Below, in pieces: positions 41,116 to 50,806 of a stretch of 64,000 bases of DNA. This stretch comes from a virus, in the IMG/VR virus record IMGVR_UViG_3300045012_000235, positions 1 to 64,000 of that record. One strand, written 5' to 3'. Position 1 is the stretch's first letter, and each line of letters begins with the position of its first letter. The notes beneath the pieces are model-generated. The model did not search any database. It had not been told where the DNA came from and saw nothing but the letters and a program-made list of their open reading frames with translations. The position numbers and the translations under genes are program-made.

Positions 41116-42110
41116 TGCCTCGACGACAGCAGCATCTTCCCGGCATCAAGCCGGGGATCGGGCACATCGAAATCGCCATCCCCGTGATTCCCATGTGGGA
41201 GCAGGTTGGCGGGGACATGAGCCCCGGCGCGTACGGCGCCATTCTCGCAAAGAGCGACGGCAACGCCATCGAGCTCCTGGAGATTCAACCGGTGCGCGAG
41301 CACGTCGGAGATGAGGAAGCGAAGGAAATCGGCTTCCCCTTCTGGTCGAAGGAGGCGTACTTCGACCTCGACGACCTCGACCCAAAGAAGGACGACGTCC
41401 AGAGCGCCCTCAACAGCATCAGTATGTCGTTCGAAACGCTCGAGGACGACTACACGCCGGAGCAGCGAGCAATGGTCATCGCGGAGGCCTTGCTCGGCTG
41501 GGGGCGCGGCGACGAGGGGACCTCGGGCTGGTCCAAGGACGTCGTGCCGGATCAGGTGAAGTGGTGGGGCGGTGATGTCGCGGGGCCGGAGTACCTCGCG
41601 GACGAGGACGAGACGTTCAAGGACAACGTGCTCGGCTACAGCGAGATCCGCACATCAATCGAGGAGGTCGTCCAGCGGATGGCCGACGAGAGCAACGCGA
41701 TGGCGTGGAGTACGTTAGGCGACCAGGTACTCATTGACCTGGAGGACGCCGGATACGACCCGAACACCGTCGTCAACATCGCCGACTTCGGCGATTCGGT
41801 AGCCGTCAACGGCGACCTGACCGACGAGACGGTCGTCGCGATCATGGAGAAACTCGAAGCGAAGGGATACGAGGAGACCGACCAGGGCGGCCGAATCCCC
41901 TCCGAAGAGGCGGAGGTGTCCGCTGAGCACGTCGTGAGCGCGGTCGCCGAAGAGTTGGATCGCTCCGAAGAGGACGTCGAGAAGGCGGCCGAGTCGCTCG
42001 ACTGGTGGCAGGAGAACATCCCGTGGTCGTCGTCCGGCGATGGGTCGATATGGGCGAAACGAACGGGGACCGAGACCAAGGAAGCGCGCCGACGCGCGAG
42101 GAGACGCTGA
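41115..42110 (+). CDS. Highly acidic protein with basic tail
   Basis: TAATG coupling; ends KEARRRARRR. Confidence 0.8.
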   Translation: MPRRQQHLPGIKPGIGHIEIAIPVIPMWEQVGGDMSPGAYGAILAKSDGNAIELLEIQPVREHVGDEEAKEIGFPFWSKEAYFDLDDLDPKKDDVQSALNSISMSFETLEDDYTPEQRAMVIAEALLGWGRGDEGTSGWSKDVVPDQVKWWGGDVAGPEYLADEDETFKDNVLGYSEIRTSIEEVVQRMADESNAMAWSTLGDQVLIDLEDAGYDPNTVVNIADFGDSVAVNGDLTDETVVAIMEKLEAKGYEETDQGGRIPSEEAEVSAEHVVSAVAEELDRSEEDVEKAAESLDWWQENIPWSSSGDGSIWAKRTGTETKEARRRARRR

Positions 42111-42502
42111 TGCCGAACAAACCGCGAAAACCCATCGCCAAACTCATTGGCGAGCTGCAGTCCTGGCTCCCCAATTATGACCACGGTCCCAAGGACTACC
42201 CCACCCTCTTGTGGCGCATTCTAGCCTCCTTGCATGGCGGTGATCAGGCCGAGGACATGGGGTACGAACCGTTCAGCCTGGGGTGGCAGGAAATCGACCA
42301 ACTCGGGCGCGTGCTCATGGCCATCGAGAACCAGCGCGACGTCGAGGATCTCATCCAGGGGCTCCTCGGCGACGAGGAGGAAGAGGTCGAGGAGGCGCGT
42401 CGGCGCCCGCGCGTACGGCAGCCGGTGGGCCTGTCGTCGAGCGCTCATAAGGCGCCGCAGCGCGTCCAGCAATCGCGCCGACGTCCGGCAAGGAGACGAT
42501 GA
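42110..42502 (+). CDS. Acidic domain plus Arg-rich tail
   Basis: EEEEVEEARRRPR. Confidence 0.7.
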   Translation: MPNKPRKPIAKLIGELQSWLPNYDHGPKDYPTLLWRILASLHGGDQAEDMGYEPFSLGWQEIDQLGRVLMAIENQRDVEDLIQGLLGDEEEEVEEARRRPRVRQPVGLSSSAHKAPQRVQQSRRRPARRR

Positions 42503-43278
42503 TGGCCAAGCTCGACGCATTCACCCGCCAGTACATCGAGACCGCTCTCTGGAGCACGACCGACAACAGCGACGACAGCGGCGGCGAACCGCTCGACAAG
42601 AACTACTCAGCCAGCGACATCGCGCCCGAGACGATGGAGCTCATGATCGAGGACTGCGCCGACTTCCAGGAACGCTACATCGAGCTGCTCTCCAACAGCG
42701 GGATCGACGACGGACAGGCCGGCCATGATTTTTGGTTGAGCAGAGAAGGCCACGGAACAGGATTTTTCGACGAGAGCACCATCGACGAAGAGTTCCAAGA
42801 TCCGTTGCAGGAGGCAGCCGAGTCCTACGGCGGGTTCGATCTGTACCTCGGCGACCCTGATGCCGACGGGGAGGTTCTCATCTACGGACCCTCACCGGAC
42901 TACTACCGCAGCCACCGCAACAAGCTCCACCCATCGGCCAACGAAGCGCGTCGACCAATCCTCCGCCCACGACCCACCGTGCGCTCCGCACACCGAGCCG
43001 TTCGTCACCCGCCCCGCCCGCACTACGCCGGTGAGGTTCGCGACATGCCGAACATCTTCTGGCGCGACATCCCGCGCGGGTCGACAGTCAAACTTGTCGG
43101 CCACTCGTACATCGTGACGAAGCCCGACGGCACCCAGGCGAGCGCGTACTGGTCCGGTCAGGACGCGACCGTGGCGCAGCACACGCTCGACAGCATGGCG
43201 AAGGCCAGTGCCAAAGGGCAGCGATTGCCGCTGCCCAAACCGCGCGGGTTCAACGGCGCGCTGCGAAGGAAACGCTGA
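42499..43278 (+). CDS. Two-domain phage protein
   Basis: YIETALWS..AGHDFWLSREGHGTGFFD acidic domain, NEARRP linker, basic C-domain. Confidence 0.75.
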   Translation: MMAKLDAFTRQYIETALWSTTDNSDDSGGEPLDKNYSASDIAPETMELMIEDCADFQERYIELLSNSGIDDGQAGHDFWLSREGHGTGFFDESTIDEEFQDPLQEAAESYGGFDLYLGDPDADGEVLIYGPSPDYYRSHRNKLHPSANEARRPILRPRPTVRSAHRAVRHPPRPHYAGEVRDMPNIFWRDIPRGSTVKLVGHSYIVTKPDGTQASAYWSGQDATVAQHTLDSMAKASAKGQRLPLPKPRGFNGALRRKR

Positions 43279-44906
43279 TGCCCCGATCCACGCGCAAGGG
43301 ACTGTACCGGGTCATCTACCTCGTCGGGGGACGACGCGCGACCGTCCCTGCAACACTCCAGTTCGACGCCGCGATGCGCGAGTTTGCGGCGCTCAAACGT
43401 CGCGGCTTCACAACGTGGATCGAAAGCGATTCAGGGGAGTTCGTTCCTGTGGAGGGAGCCATGCGCAAACCGAAGGAGATTGTCGACGAGCATCGCGTCG
43501 CCGACTTCAACTCGATCCCCGAGCTCATCGAGCACGCCAAGGGCGAAGGGGCCAGCGCCATTCTTGTCGCCGGACAGCAGGTCACCCTCTACTTCCCGCG
43601 CCGCGATGGTCGGTACGACGCAGCCACCATCTGGAATCAGAACGGGTACTGGCACGCGCCGTCCAAGTCCGCTCGCACGATCGTGACCCGCCTGCCCGCC
43701 GGCGCCGAATCCATCGGGTCGCACACCCAGCGGGTCGGGCGGCGGGCGAGCGAGGCCCCGCGACGACGACTCTCCAGACCCAACCTGAAGATGACCCCGG
43801 AATCCGCCCTGCAGCTCGCCGGCGAGCTCTCGCAGGCGGTTGGTGGATCCAAGCCGAGGACACTCCCCGGCGGCTACCGCTTCAGCGACAAGAACGAAGC
43901 CGCGCAGTTCACGACGTACAGCCCCGAGTACAGCCAGAAAGTCGTCTGCGTCGTCAGCGTCTTCGAGGACGGATCAACAGCCATCGGAATCTTCTCCGAC
44001 GAGGGGCTTTCGGGCACAGCCACGTACGAGAACATCACGCACTTCACCTACGACGGTGCCGACATCCCCGTGATGAAGAAGGATATCGAGTGGGTCTGGG
44101 AGACAGTCGACGGGTACGCGGCGAGCTGGCAGGAGGACGAAGACGGCGAGGTGGACGAGGCGTCTCGGCGGAACGTCCACGAAGCCAAGACCGCCACCAT
44201 GTACCAGGAGGCGCAAATCTTCATCAACGGGCAATTCCAGGTCGGCTTCACATTCACGCCGACTCGCGGACCGGCAGACGCCGCACGCGCCGTTCTTTCG
44301 CTCGCTCGCAACGGTGACGTCATTGAGGTCAAGCAGGACCGTGAGGTCTGGACCTACGACGTGACCCGCAAACCCGGACAGCCTGCAACGATCGTGGAAC
44401 GGCTCATCGGCCTCTACGGCGACAGCGAGATGCGAGAATCCGCCCTCACCACGAAGGAGAAAGTAGTCCTCCTGGCGATTGCCACTTCGGAGTACCGCAT
44501 GGGTCCGATCGAGGACAACGAGGCTGTCTGGTCGGGCGACCTCCAAGCAGCCGGCATCTCGCCGCGCTCGATGGGCGGCGTACTCGCTTCGCTCCAGAAG
44601 AAGGGGCTCATCGGCCTCTACGGCGACGGCAAAGAGGCAACCGTCGACTTCACGCCCGAAGGGATTGCGGCGGTGCAGGCGCTGCGTGGAGGCAGTACGG
44701 GACATCATGTCTCGGAACGGGAACCGTCGTTCAAACGCCCTGGCGCACGCGTCAAGTACAACTACACGGACGGCCCAATCCCTCCGGGCACAATGGGGAC
44801 GATCATCGGGTTCCTGCCTAAGAGCTACCAGGCCCAGATCCGGTGGGACAACGACAGCGTCAGCAACCACACGCCGGACGAGTACGATGTGATTCGGAGG
44901 AAATGA
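43278..44906 (+). CDS. Multi-module (polyprotein-like) protein
   Basis: About six small modules including wHTH-like (GGVLASLQKKGLI) and SH3-like (PGARV..GTI..IRWDN). Confidence 0.8.
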   Translation: MPRSTRKGLYRVIYLVGGRRATVPATLQFDAAMREFAALKRRGFTTWIESDSGEFVPVEGAMRKPKEIVDEHRVADFNSIPELIEHAKGEGASAILVAGQQVTLYFPRRDGRYDAATIWNQNGYWHAPSKSARTIVTRLPAGAESIGSHTQRVGRRASEAPRRRLSRPNLKMTPESALQLAGELSQAVGGSKPRTLPGGYRFSDKNEAAQFTTYSPEYSQKVVCVVSVFEDGSTAIGIFSDEGLSGTATYENITHFTYDGADIPVMKKDIEWVWETVDGYAASWQEDEDGEVDEASRRNVHEAKTATMYQEAQIFINGQFQVGFTFTPTRGPADAARAVLSLARNGDVIEVKQDREVWTYDVTRKPGQPATIVERLIGLYGDSEMRESALTTKEKVVLLAIATSEYRMGPIEDNEAVWSGDLQAAGISPRSMGGVLASLQKKGLIGLYGDGKEATVDFTPEGIAAVQALRGGSTGHHVSEREPSFKRPGARVKYNYTDGPIPPGTMGTIIGFLPKSYQAQIRWDNDSVSNHTPDEYDVIRRK

Positions 44907-45949
44907 TGCCCCGCAAGAAAGCCACGCGCCGCGAACCCACCCCCAAAGAAGAGGGTCAAGAGATCCTCGAAGCCGCTTCGAAGGCCGGCGCCGACTACGC
45001 CAGCGATCAAATCAACGGCTCCTACTTCCGCGACTGGGTTTGGGAACAGATGGTCGAGGCCGAGGAGATGCGCAAATGCGACCCGTCAAGCGTCCTCCCG
45101 CTCGAGACGCCGAGCGACGCGAAGAAGCTCGCCCGCAACATGCTTCAGCAGCTCGAGTGGGACACGAAGCGCGACATGGAGCAGCCCACCGTCCTCGAGC
45201 TCTCCGGCGCGAAGGGCGTCTTCAACATCGGCAGCGCGGACTGGGTACGAGATCATTACGGCATCACCTACGAGGAGGTCAGCGACGCGTTCTTCAGCGC
45301 CTTCGACGAAGAGCTGAAGAGCCCGAGCATCCGGCAGTGGCTGAGCGACATGATCCTCGAGATGGACGAGGAGGTGCGCGGCGTCAGGAAGAGCAAGCTG
45401 GTCGAAGAAACGCGCGCAAATCGACGGAAGTCTACCGGCGAGACCTGGGCCGAAGCACCAAAAGGAGACCCGCCGTACTTCGGTGAGATGGGGCACTGGG
45501 GATACGCCATAAAGATCGACGGGATCGAGAACGACTTCCCACAGCTTCCGCCCGGGCGCCAAATAGACGCCCTCGCAGCGGTCAAGCAATTCAAGACGAC
45601 AGCCAAGAGCGAGTGGCTCAGCACGAAGCATCGAAAAGGTCAGCGACCACTTACGGAAATCAAACGGTGGATCAAAGCGGTCCAGCCGAGTCAGTTCTAC
45701 GCACGCTGGCCAACGGACGTCGACGACGACTCCGTGCAGATTTGGTACACGGGGGCAGAAACACATTTGCCCGTGAGTCCAGGCAGGATCGAGGAACGCC
45801 GCCCCGTCGTCCGCGACTACATCGCCGTCGACCCGAAAGGCCGCACCATCGCGGGTCCCTTCACCAGCTACAGCGACGCAAAGCGGGAGGCCACCCGCGC
45901 GCACGGGTACGTGCGGTTCGCTTCCGGCGCTCGAGACCGACGACGGTGA
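44903..45949 (+). CDS. Multi-module protein
   Basis: Three modules separated by VEETR / IEERRPVVRDY. Confidence 0.75.
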   Translation: MMPRKKATRREPTPKEEGQEILEAASKAGADYASDQINGSYFRDWVWEQMVEAEEMRKCDPSSVLPLETPSDAKKLARNMLQQLEWDTKRDMEQPTVLELSGAKGVFNIGSADWVRDHYGITYEEVSDAFFSAFDEELKSPSIRQWLSDMILEMDEEVRGVRKSKLVEETRANRRKSTGETWAEAPKGDPPYFGEMGHWGYAIKIDGIENDFPQLPPGRQIDALAAVKQFKTTAKSEWLSTKHRKGQRPLTEIKRWIKAVQPSQFYARWPTDVDDDSVQIWYTGAETHLPVSPGRIEERRPVVRDYIAVDPKGRTIAGPFTSYSDAKREATRAHGYVRFASGARDRRR

Positions 45950-46131
45950 AGAAGGGCGATCGGGTTCGGGTGACACGGCACATCACGGCCGGAGTTGGCG
46001 AGCCGCCAAAGCCTGGGGCGCTTGGCACAATCGACACGATCCTGGAAAACGGGACCGTCATCGTGAACCTCGATGATGGTCGGCGAGCTCAGCTCGCCTC
46101 CTGGGAAGTCGAACCCGCAAGCGAGAACTGA
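45946..46131 (+). CDS. SH3/KOW-like small protein
   Basis: KKGDRVRV..GALGTI..VNLDDG. Confidence 0.65.
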   Translation: MKKGDRVRVTRHITAGVGEPPKPGALGTIDTILENGTVIVNLDDGRRAQLASWEVEPASEN

Positions 46132-46353
46132 ATGAGACGTCTCACCGAAGAAGAACGAACGGCGCTCGTTGAGGTCGGCGAACCCGGAGAGGGGCCGATC
46201 TCCGACGCGACGTTCGCGGAGCTCGCGGCGCTCGGCTGGGGCTATTGGGCCGTCGGTCCGACGCTGTGGGACAAGCTCACCCGGCAGCGGTACTGGCACG
46301 TCACCGCCGCAGGCCGGGCCGCCCTCGCGTACGACACCATCGCTCGCCGCTAG
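46132..46353 (+). CDS. Small wHTH-like protein
   Basis: LTEEER.AL..LAALGW..VTAAGRAAL. Confidence 0.6.
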   Translation: MRRLTEEERTALVEVGEPGEGPISDATFAELAALGWGYWAVGPTLWDKLTRQRYWHVTAAGRAALAYDTIARR

Positions 46354-46847
46354 TCGCCCGTCCGCACGGCCGTCGTCTGAACGGGCCGCTTTGCGGCCGC
46401 TGTCGTCGCGACCGGCGCCGCCGGCGCAGCGGCTGCCGGCGCCCCCGCGAGCTCCCCCATCGGGGGCAGGATCATGGTCGCCCTGGGCTTGGGGCGAGGC
46501 GCAGTGAGCTTCGGGACCTCGGCAGGCACGGGAGCCAGGGCCACCGCTTCCGCTTCCGGAGGAACCCATGCCGCCGGTGCGCTGCTCTGGGCGTCCCGAT
46601 CGGCAAGATCGACGACGTACACTGCCTGCGCGGCCGCAGACTCCGCCGGAGCGTTCTTGGCTTCGATGGTAATAGGTTCGCCGGTCCACTTGTGCACGAC
46701 GAGACCGATGCCCACGGCCGTGGTGACGGCGGCCGCATGCGTCAGAATCTCCTTGAACGGGGACTTCGCGTACCAAGGCTTGCCCTCGCCGCGCAGCTCC
46801 TTCCGAAGGTTCTGGATCTCTCGTTGCAGCTCGTCGACTTCGGGCAT
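46350..46847 (-). CDS. Membrane protein, Pro/Ala-rich
   Basis: Coiled coil, TM, low-complexity tail. Confidence 0.65.
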   Translation of the reverse strand: MPEVDELQREIQNLRKELRGEGKPWYAKSPFKEILTHAAAVTTAVGIGLVVHKWTGEPITIEAKNAPAESAAAQAVYVVDLADRDAQSSAPAAWVPPEAEAVALAPVPAEVPKLTAPRPKPRATMILPPMGELAGAPAAAAPAAPVATTAAAKRPVQTTAVRTGD

Positions 46848-46862
46848 GGTGCCGTCAGGGTA

Positions 46863-47027
46863 TCACAGCGGAGTCAGCCGGTGGACCCGGAGATGTGCCC
46901 GCTCCTCGTCACTCGCGGCGTCGTAGTCGGCGAGCGCCTTGAACACGAGGGCGTGACTCTCAAGCACGCGAGCAAACGCGCGTTCAAACTCCTCGCGCGT
47001 CATCTCACGGTCGTGCTCGCGATTCAT
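46863..47027 (-). CDS. Small hypothetical protein
   Basis: ATGA-coupled; EFERAFARVLESHALVFKALA. Confidence 0.55.
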   Translation of the reverse strand: MNREHDREMTREEFERAFARVLESHALVFKALADYDAASDEERAHLRVHRLTPL

Positions 47028-47260
47028 CCGCACTCCATACTGTAAACGCGACGACCCTTGCACGGAAGACGGAGCATACGTGCGCTCATGTCGCCCTTAC
47101 CATCGCCCGGGTCGATCCCGAGCCCGTCGTCAACGACGCGCGGCTTGGCGACCTTTACGCCAGGAAGCGCCCTCTCGATGACAGTCCCGTCGGAGAAAAA
47201 AAGGCGTACGTCGGGACCACCGAGAGGTTCGACCATTTGCACGAAGGCCATCTTCTTCAT
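47024..47260 (-). CDS. DUF2442-like protein (putative TA partner)
   Basis: VEPL..VRLFFSDG..VVDDGLGI; coupled to the DUF4160 gene. Confidence 0.6.
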   Translation of the reverse strand: MKKMAFVQMVEPLGGPDVRLFFSDGTVIERALPGVKVAKPRVVDDGLGIDPGDGKGDMSARMLRLPCKGRRVYSMECG

Positions 47261-47526
47261 GTGAGGGGCTCAATCTTCTTGGGTGTCCTACCCGCTCGCG
47301 CATCGTTCCACGCCGCCTGTATCTCGTCATGGTGCAGACGCATCCAGCGCCGGACCATCCAGCGAGCGGTCGGTGGGAGCTTTCCTTCGAGGATGTCTCC
47401 GTCCAGGTCGACGGACGCCCACTCCCCCTGGCAGCGCACGTGAATGTGCGCCTGACGGTGCCGGCCAAACTCACCGCGAAAGAAGATGGCGATGACGACG
47501 CCGTAGAAGCGGGAAAGTTCAGCCAC
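47257..47526 (-). CDS. DUF4160 family protein (putative TA component)
   Basis: LSRFYGVVI..H..AHIHV..G.LP..V..W...H..E...W. Confidence 0.85.
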   Translation of the reverse strand: MAELSRFYGVVIAIFFRGEFGRHRQAHIHVRCQGEWASVDLDGDILEGKLPPTARWMVRRWMRLHHDEIQAAWNDARAGRTPKKIEPLT

Positions 47527-47686
47527 GAGCGCGACCCCTTCTGGCCTTCTGCATGTCGGCCAGGGCGCGCTCGATACGCGCCTTTACCCTTGGGCGCATC
47601 TGATCTCGACGCGAACTGTAGTAAGTGGCTGCGGTTCGGATGTCGCAGTCCGCGAGGCGAGCCAGTTTGTCGAGGTCCACGTCCAT
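47519..47686 (-). CDS. Small HTH regulator (55 aa, not in ORF track)
   Basis: KLARLADCDIRTAATYY..MRPRVKARIERAL; paralog of 9245. Confidence 0.65.
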   Translation of the reverse strand: MDVDLDKLARLADCDIRTAATYYSSRRDQMRPRVKARIERALADMQKARRGRARG

Positions 47687-47694
47687 GACGAGAA

Positions 47695-47722
47695 AACTTA
47701 CCTACATTTTGACAAATTGCAA
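47695..47722 (-). promoter_or_regulatory. Sigma70-type promoter, probably leaderless
   Basis: TTGCAA-16-TAAGTT, 8 nt before ATG 47686; AT-rich patch. Confidence 0.6.
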
Positions 47723-47732
47723 TTCAGAGTTT

Positions 47733-48140
47733 TCACGAGCAACACCCGCACGTGCAATCTCCATTGACGAACGCGTAGCACCCCTCGTCCTCGCGCCCGC
47801 AGTGCTTCCGGCTGGTGCGCACCGGCCCTGCAATCGGCCTGGGCATCGGCGGAGGCTTCTTCGGGAGGACCCGAAGGACCGGCGGGGTCGGGACCTCGCG
47901 CCCGCGCGGCACGAGCCCCCGGCTGAAAAGGTTGGCGTACTGCGGCACGATGCGCTCGCGGACCCCGATGGCCCACGAGCGCTGCTTCTCGGTGAGCTCT
48001 TGGTACTTAGATCCTTGGAATCCCGCCGTCAGGTCGAACCGCATGCCGGCGAACGCTTCGGTCTCGACGTTGGAGAGCTCGTCCGGGTGCTCCTTGAGCA
48101 GTTCATTCAAGAGCTGGAGGTCGTCGTCGCGCTGGGTCAT
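47733..48140 (-). CDS. Hypothetical protein
   Basis: ELTEKQRSW motif; Cys-rich end. Confidence 0.6.
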   Translation of the reverse strand: MTQRDDDLQLLNELLKEHPDELSNVETEAFAGMRFDLTAGFQGSKYQELTEKQRSWAIGVRERIVPQYANLFSRGLVPRGREVPTPPVLRVLPKKPPPMPRPIAGPVRTSRKHCGREDEGCYAFVNGDCTCGCCS

Positions 48141-48439
48141 TGGACAGGCTCCGCTTGAACAATCGGCGGATGTTCCTGGCATCTCACGCACCACGCTCGG
48201 TGAGCAGGAGCCAGCGAGCAGCCGTCACGATGATGACCACCAGCCTCCTCTACTTCGCCGCACTCAAGGCACGCCGTCCAATCCGCGACGTAACCGTGTC
48301 TCGGTGTCCAGTGAGCGATCTCGACGACTGGGTATCCGGGCGGATCGTAACGATGGAGCACGTACTGCTGACGCGATCCGTCCGGATAGAATCGTTTCCA
48401 TCGAACAGGTACCGGTTGCTGACGCCGCGCGCAGTTCAT
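48137..48439 (-). CDS. Cys-rich hypothetical protein
   Basis: CLECG..H..C, CVRC..H. Confidence 0.55.
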   Translation of the reverse strand: MNCARRQQPVPVRWKRFYPDGSRQQYVLHRYDPPGYPVVEIAHWTPRHGYVADWTACLECGEVEEAGGHHRDGCSLAPAHRAWCVRCQEHPPIVQAEPVQ

Positions 48440-48964
48440 CGGGGCTCCAGTTCCCAACAGCAACGCCCAGCGACCAGCGCGCTCAGCGCCGCGCCAATCG
48501 ATCGGTGCACTGGCCGTACATACCGAGCGAGCGGGATTCGATCGTCGGTCATGCAGTCGACGCAGCAAGGTAAGTGCACCCGCCAGCTCCGCAACACCAG
48601 GAGCGGCGCGTAGAGCGTGAACTTCCTGCATTCGACGCAGCGATAAATACTCATCGGTCCTCTAGCTTCCTCGCTGCACGAAATCCGACTCCACTCTTTT
48701 CATTTGTCCCGGTAGACGTAGTTGATGGTCTCAATGGCTACATACGCCGAAAACGCCGAAAGGCACCCGAACAGGACGATCATCACGAGACCGCTCCACG
48801 GCGGACCGAGGGTCTCGTCCAGCCAGACGATCACGACTTGATCTCGTGCACGGTGAACGTCTTCCCCGGCCAGTAGCCCCTCGCATCCTTCTCGGCGTCT
48901 TCCTTGCTCCTCGCGAGCAGTCGCCCCAGCTCGGAACCGTCGGGTGCGACCACGCGGTAGGGTT

Positions 48965-49150
48965 TCATGGTTTCTCCTCCACGGGCCGGTTCAACCGTTC
49001 GATCCGATGATCCTCCTTGCGAAGGAGCATCCGGAGCATCGCAGAAACATCGATGCCGTGATACTCGGCGAGCTTGTGCATCCGAGCGCGTTCCTCCTCA
49101 CTGAGGCGGATGTTGACGAGCCACGGCCGCTTGACCTTGATCTCGCTCAC
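48965..49150 (-). CDS. RHH/CopG-like DNA-binding protein
   Basis: VNIRLSEEERARMHKLAEYHGIDVSAMLRMLL. Confidence 0.7.
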   Translation of the reverse strand: MSEIKVKRPWLVNIRLSEEERARMHKLAEYHGIDVSAMLRMLLRKEDHRIERLNRPVEEKP

Positions 49151-49314
49151 GACGGCTCCTGAGGCGCCGTCCACAGCACCAACCCCATCGTCGTATGACA
49201 CTCCGTGCACGTCCGGAGCTCGATGTGCTCCACCTCGTCGTCCTGCCGACCGACGTAGGGGAGATCCTTCCACTCGGCGGCGGTGTAGCGCCGGCCACAA
49301 CTGCACGTCTTCAT
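49147..49314 (-). CDS. Zn-finger small protein
   Basis: CSCG..W..L..ELRTCTECHTT. Confidence 0.6.
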   Translation of the reverse strand: MKTCSCGRRYTAAEWKDLPYVGRQDDEVEHIELRTCTECHTTMGLVLWTAPQEPS

Positions 49315-49370
49315 GGGTTCCTCTCTGTCCAGCTTGAGGATACGGCACGACGTGGCGTCCGGATAAGCCC

Positions 49371-49667
49371 TCACGCCCTTGCCTTGTTCGGGCCGCGACC
49401 GCGTGGCTTTGGGTCGGCGTATATCTCGTTCCAGATTGCCTCTTCCTCTTTGATCGTCCTGTCACGAATGGTTGTCGCCGCCTTCAGTTTGGAGGCCAGC
49501 GCAACCTTCACCGCCGGCGGCAACATCGACAGCGCCTCCTCAACAGCCTCTCGGGCGTCCGCCACGAACCGACGCTCGGCGTCGAAGGCGTACGGAGCGT
49601 GGCTGCCGATGATCTCGTCGGCGCCGCCGAAGATCTCGTCCAACGTTTTACTGATCGCGTTGCTCAT
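49371..49667 (-). CDS. Hypothetical protein
   Basis: AAGGAG RBS; helical. Confidence 0.6.
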   Translation of the reverse strand: MSNAISKTLDEIFGGADEIIGSHAPYAFDAERRFVADAREAVEEALSMLPPAVKVALASKLKAATTIRDRTIKEEEAIWNEIYADPKPRGRGPNKARA

Positions 49668-49812
49668 GTCTCTCCTTCGCCGCCAGGTTGCGACGGGCGT
49701 AATGCGTGTACCTGACGTGACTGCCGCTCGCACCGAAGCACTTGATGCCCTCCTTTGCGCCACACTGCGGACACTTCACCGCGCGGGCCAGGCGGTTGTA
49801 GTCGCGCTTCAT
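49648..49812 (-). CDS. Phage zinc-finger protein
   Basis: AVKCPQCGAKEG.KC...H..R. Confidence 0.65.
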   Translation of the reverse strand: MKRDYNRLARAVKCPQCGAKEGIKCFGASGSHVRYTHYARRNLAAKERHEQRDQ

Positions 49813-50345
49813 CGGAGCTCGTCCAGGATCTCGTCGAGCGACACGGGCGCGTAGCCGCGCACGTCGACCCCCACGTTGACCATCCGCCCGCGCGTCTTCC
49901 ACTGCGTGTGGATGTGCCCGTGCAGGAGCACGAGTCCCTCATCGACCGGCCGGTATGCGTGGTACTTCTCCCGGTCGTCGCCAGAGTACGGCATGTGGTG
50001 CACAAGCATCCCGTCGAGGATCAAGCACCTGACGACCTCCACAAATCCTGCGGCGAGGTAGCGCCCGAGCGCTGCCTTGTTGTCCTTCCGACACGGGTGG
50101 CAACAGTCGTGATTGCCGACGACGAGCGTATGCCGACCGTGGAGCTCGGGGAGTACCGCGGACAGAAGCAGCTCGTTCATGACGAAGTCGCCCACGTGAA
50201 TAACGTGATCGTTCGGACCGACGACGGCGTTGTGCCGCTCGATCAATCCGCGCGTCATGTGGTCGACGTCCGTGAACGGGCGCGAGCAGTAACGGATGAT
50301 GTTCGCGTGACCGTAGTGTTCGTCCGCGGTGAGGAAGGTGGTCAT
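49809..50345 (-). CDS. Calcineurin-like metallophosphoesterase
   Basis: ADEHYGH, VGDF, GNHD, HGHIH, NVGVD. Confidence 0.9.
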   Translation of the reverse strand: MTTFLTADEHYGHANIIRYCSRPFTDVDHMTRGLIERHNAVVGPNDHVIHVGDFVMNELLLSAVLPELHGRHTLVVGNHDCCHPCRKDNKAALGRYLAAGFVEVVRCLILDGMLVHHMPYSGDDREKYHAYRPVDEGLVLLHGHIHTQWKTRGRMVNVGVDVRGYAPVSLDEILDELR

Positions 50346-50806
50346 GTCTCTTTCACCCACAGGGCGATCGGCTCCCCCGACTGGACCGGGAAGCCAAGCG
50401 CGTGCAGCTCGACTCGGACGCACTCGAACGGTTCGTCGTCGATGACGACGAGACCGAGCAATCCGGAGAAGGCCCGATCGCGCTCCCGATCGCACTCGAC
50501 GACTGCGCAGAACCCGCGGCCCCGAATCCGGTACCACCGGAGAGCGCTGAATCGCGGCGTCTCGGCGGTCGGCGTCCTCGCCGCGCGCATCCTCCTAGCA
50601 ATTTCGCGGCACCGAGCGGCATCCGCCAGCCAGCCGTCGCGGTTGACGGTGCGCTCCTCCGACCGAGACCGGGTCCACATCGTTATTTTCTCCCGCATGC
50701 ACTCTCGAGCCATGCGGACGTGGCTGCGAGCGAGCGCGTAGAAGTGCGCTTCCGTCTCGGGCTTGATGCAGATACGATCGTGATCTCTCACCAAAGAGGA
50801 GCTCAT
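50342..50806 (-). CDS. Hypothetical protein
   Basis: ATGA-coupled ORF. Confidence 0.55.
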   Translation of the reverse strand: MSSSLVRDHDRICIKPETEAHFYALARSHVRMARECMREKITMWTRSRSEERTVNRDGWLADAARCREIARRMRAARTPTAETPRFSALRWYRIRGRGFCAVVECDRERDRAFSGLLGLVVIDDEPFECVRVELHALGFPVQSGEPIALWVKET

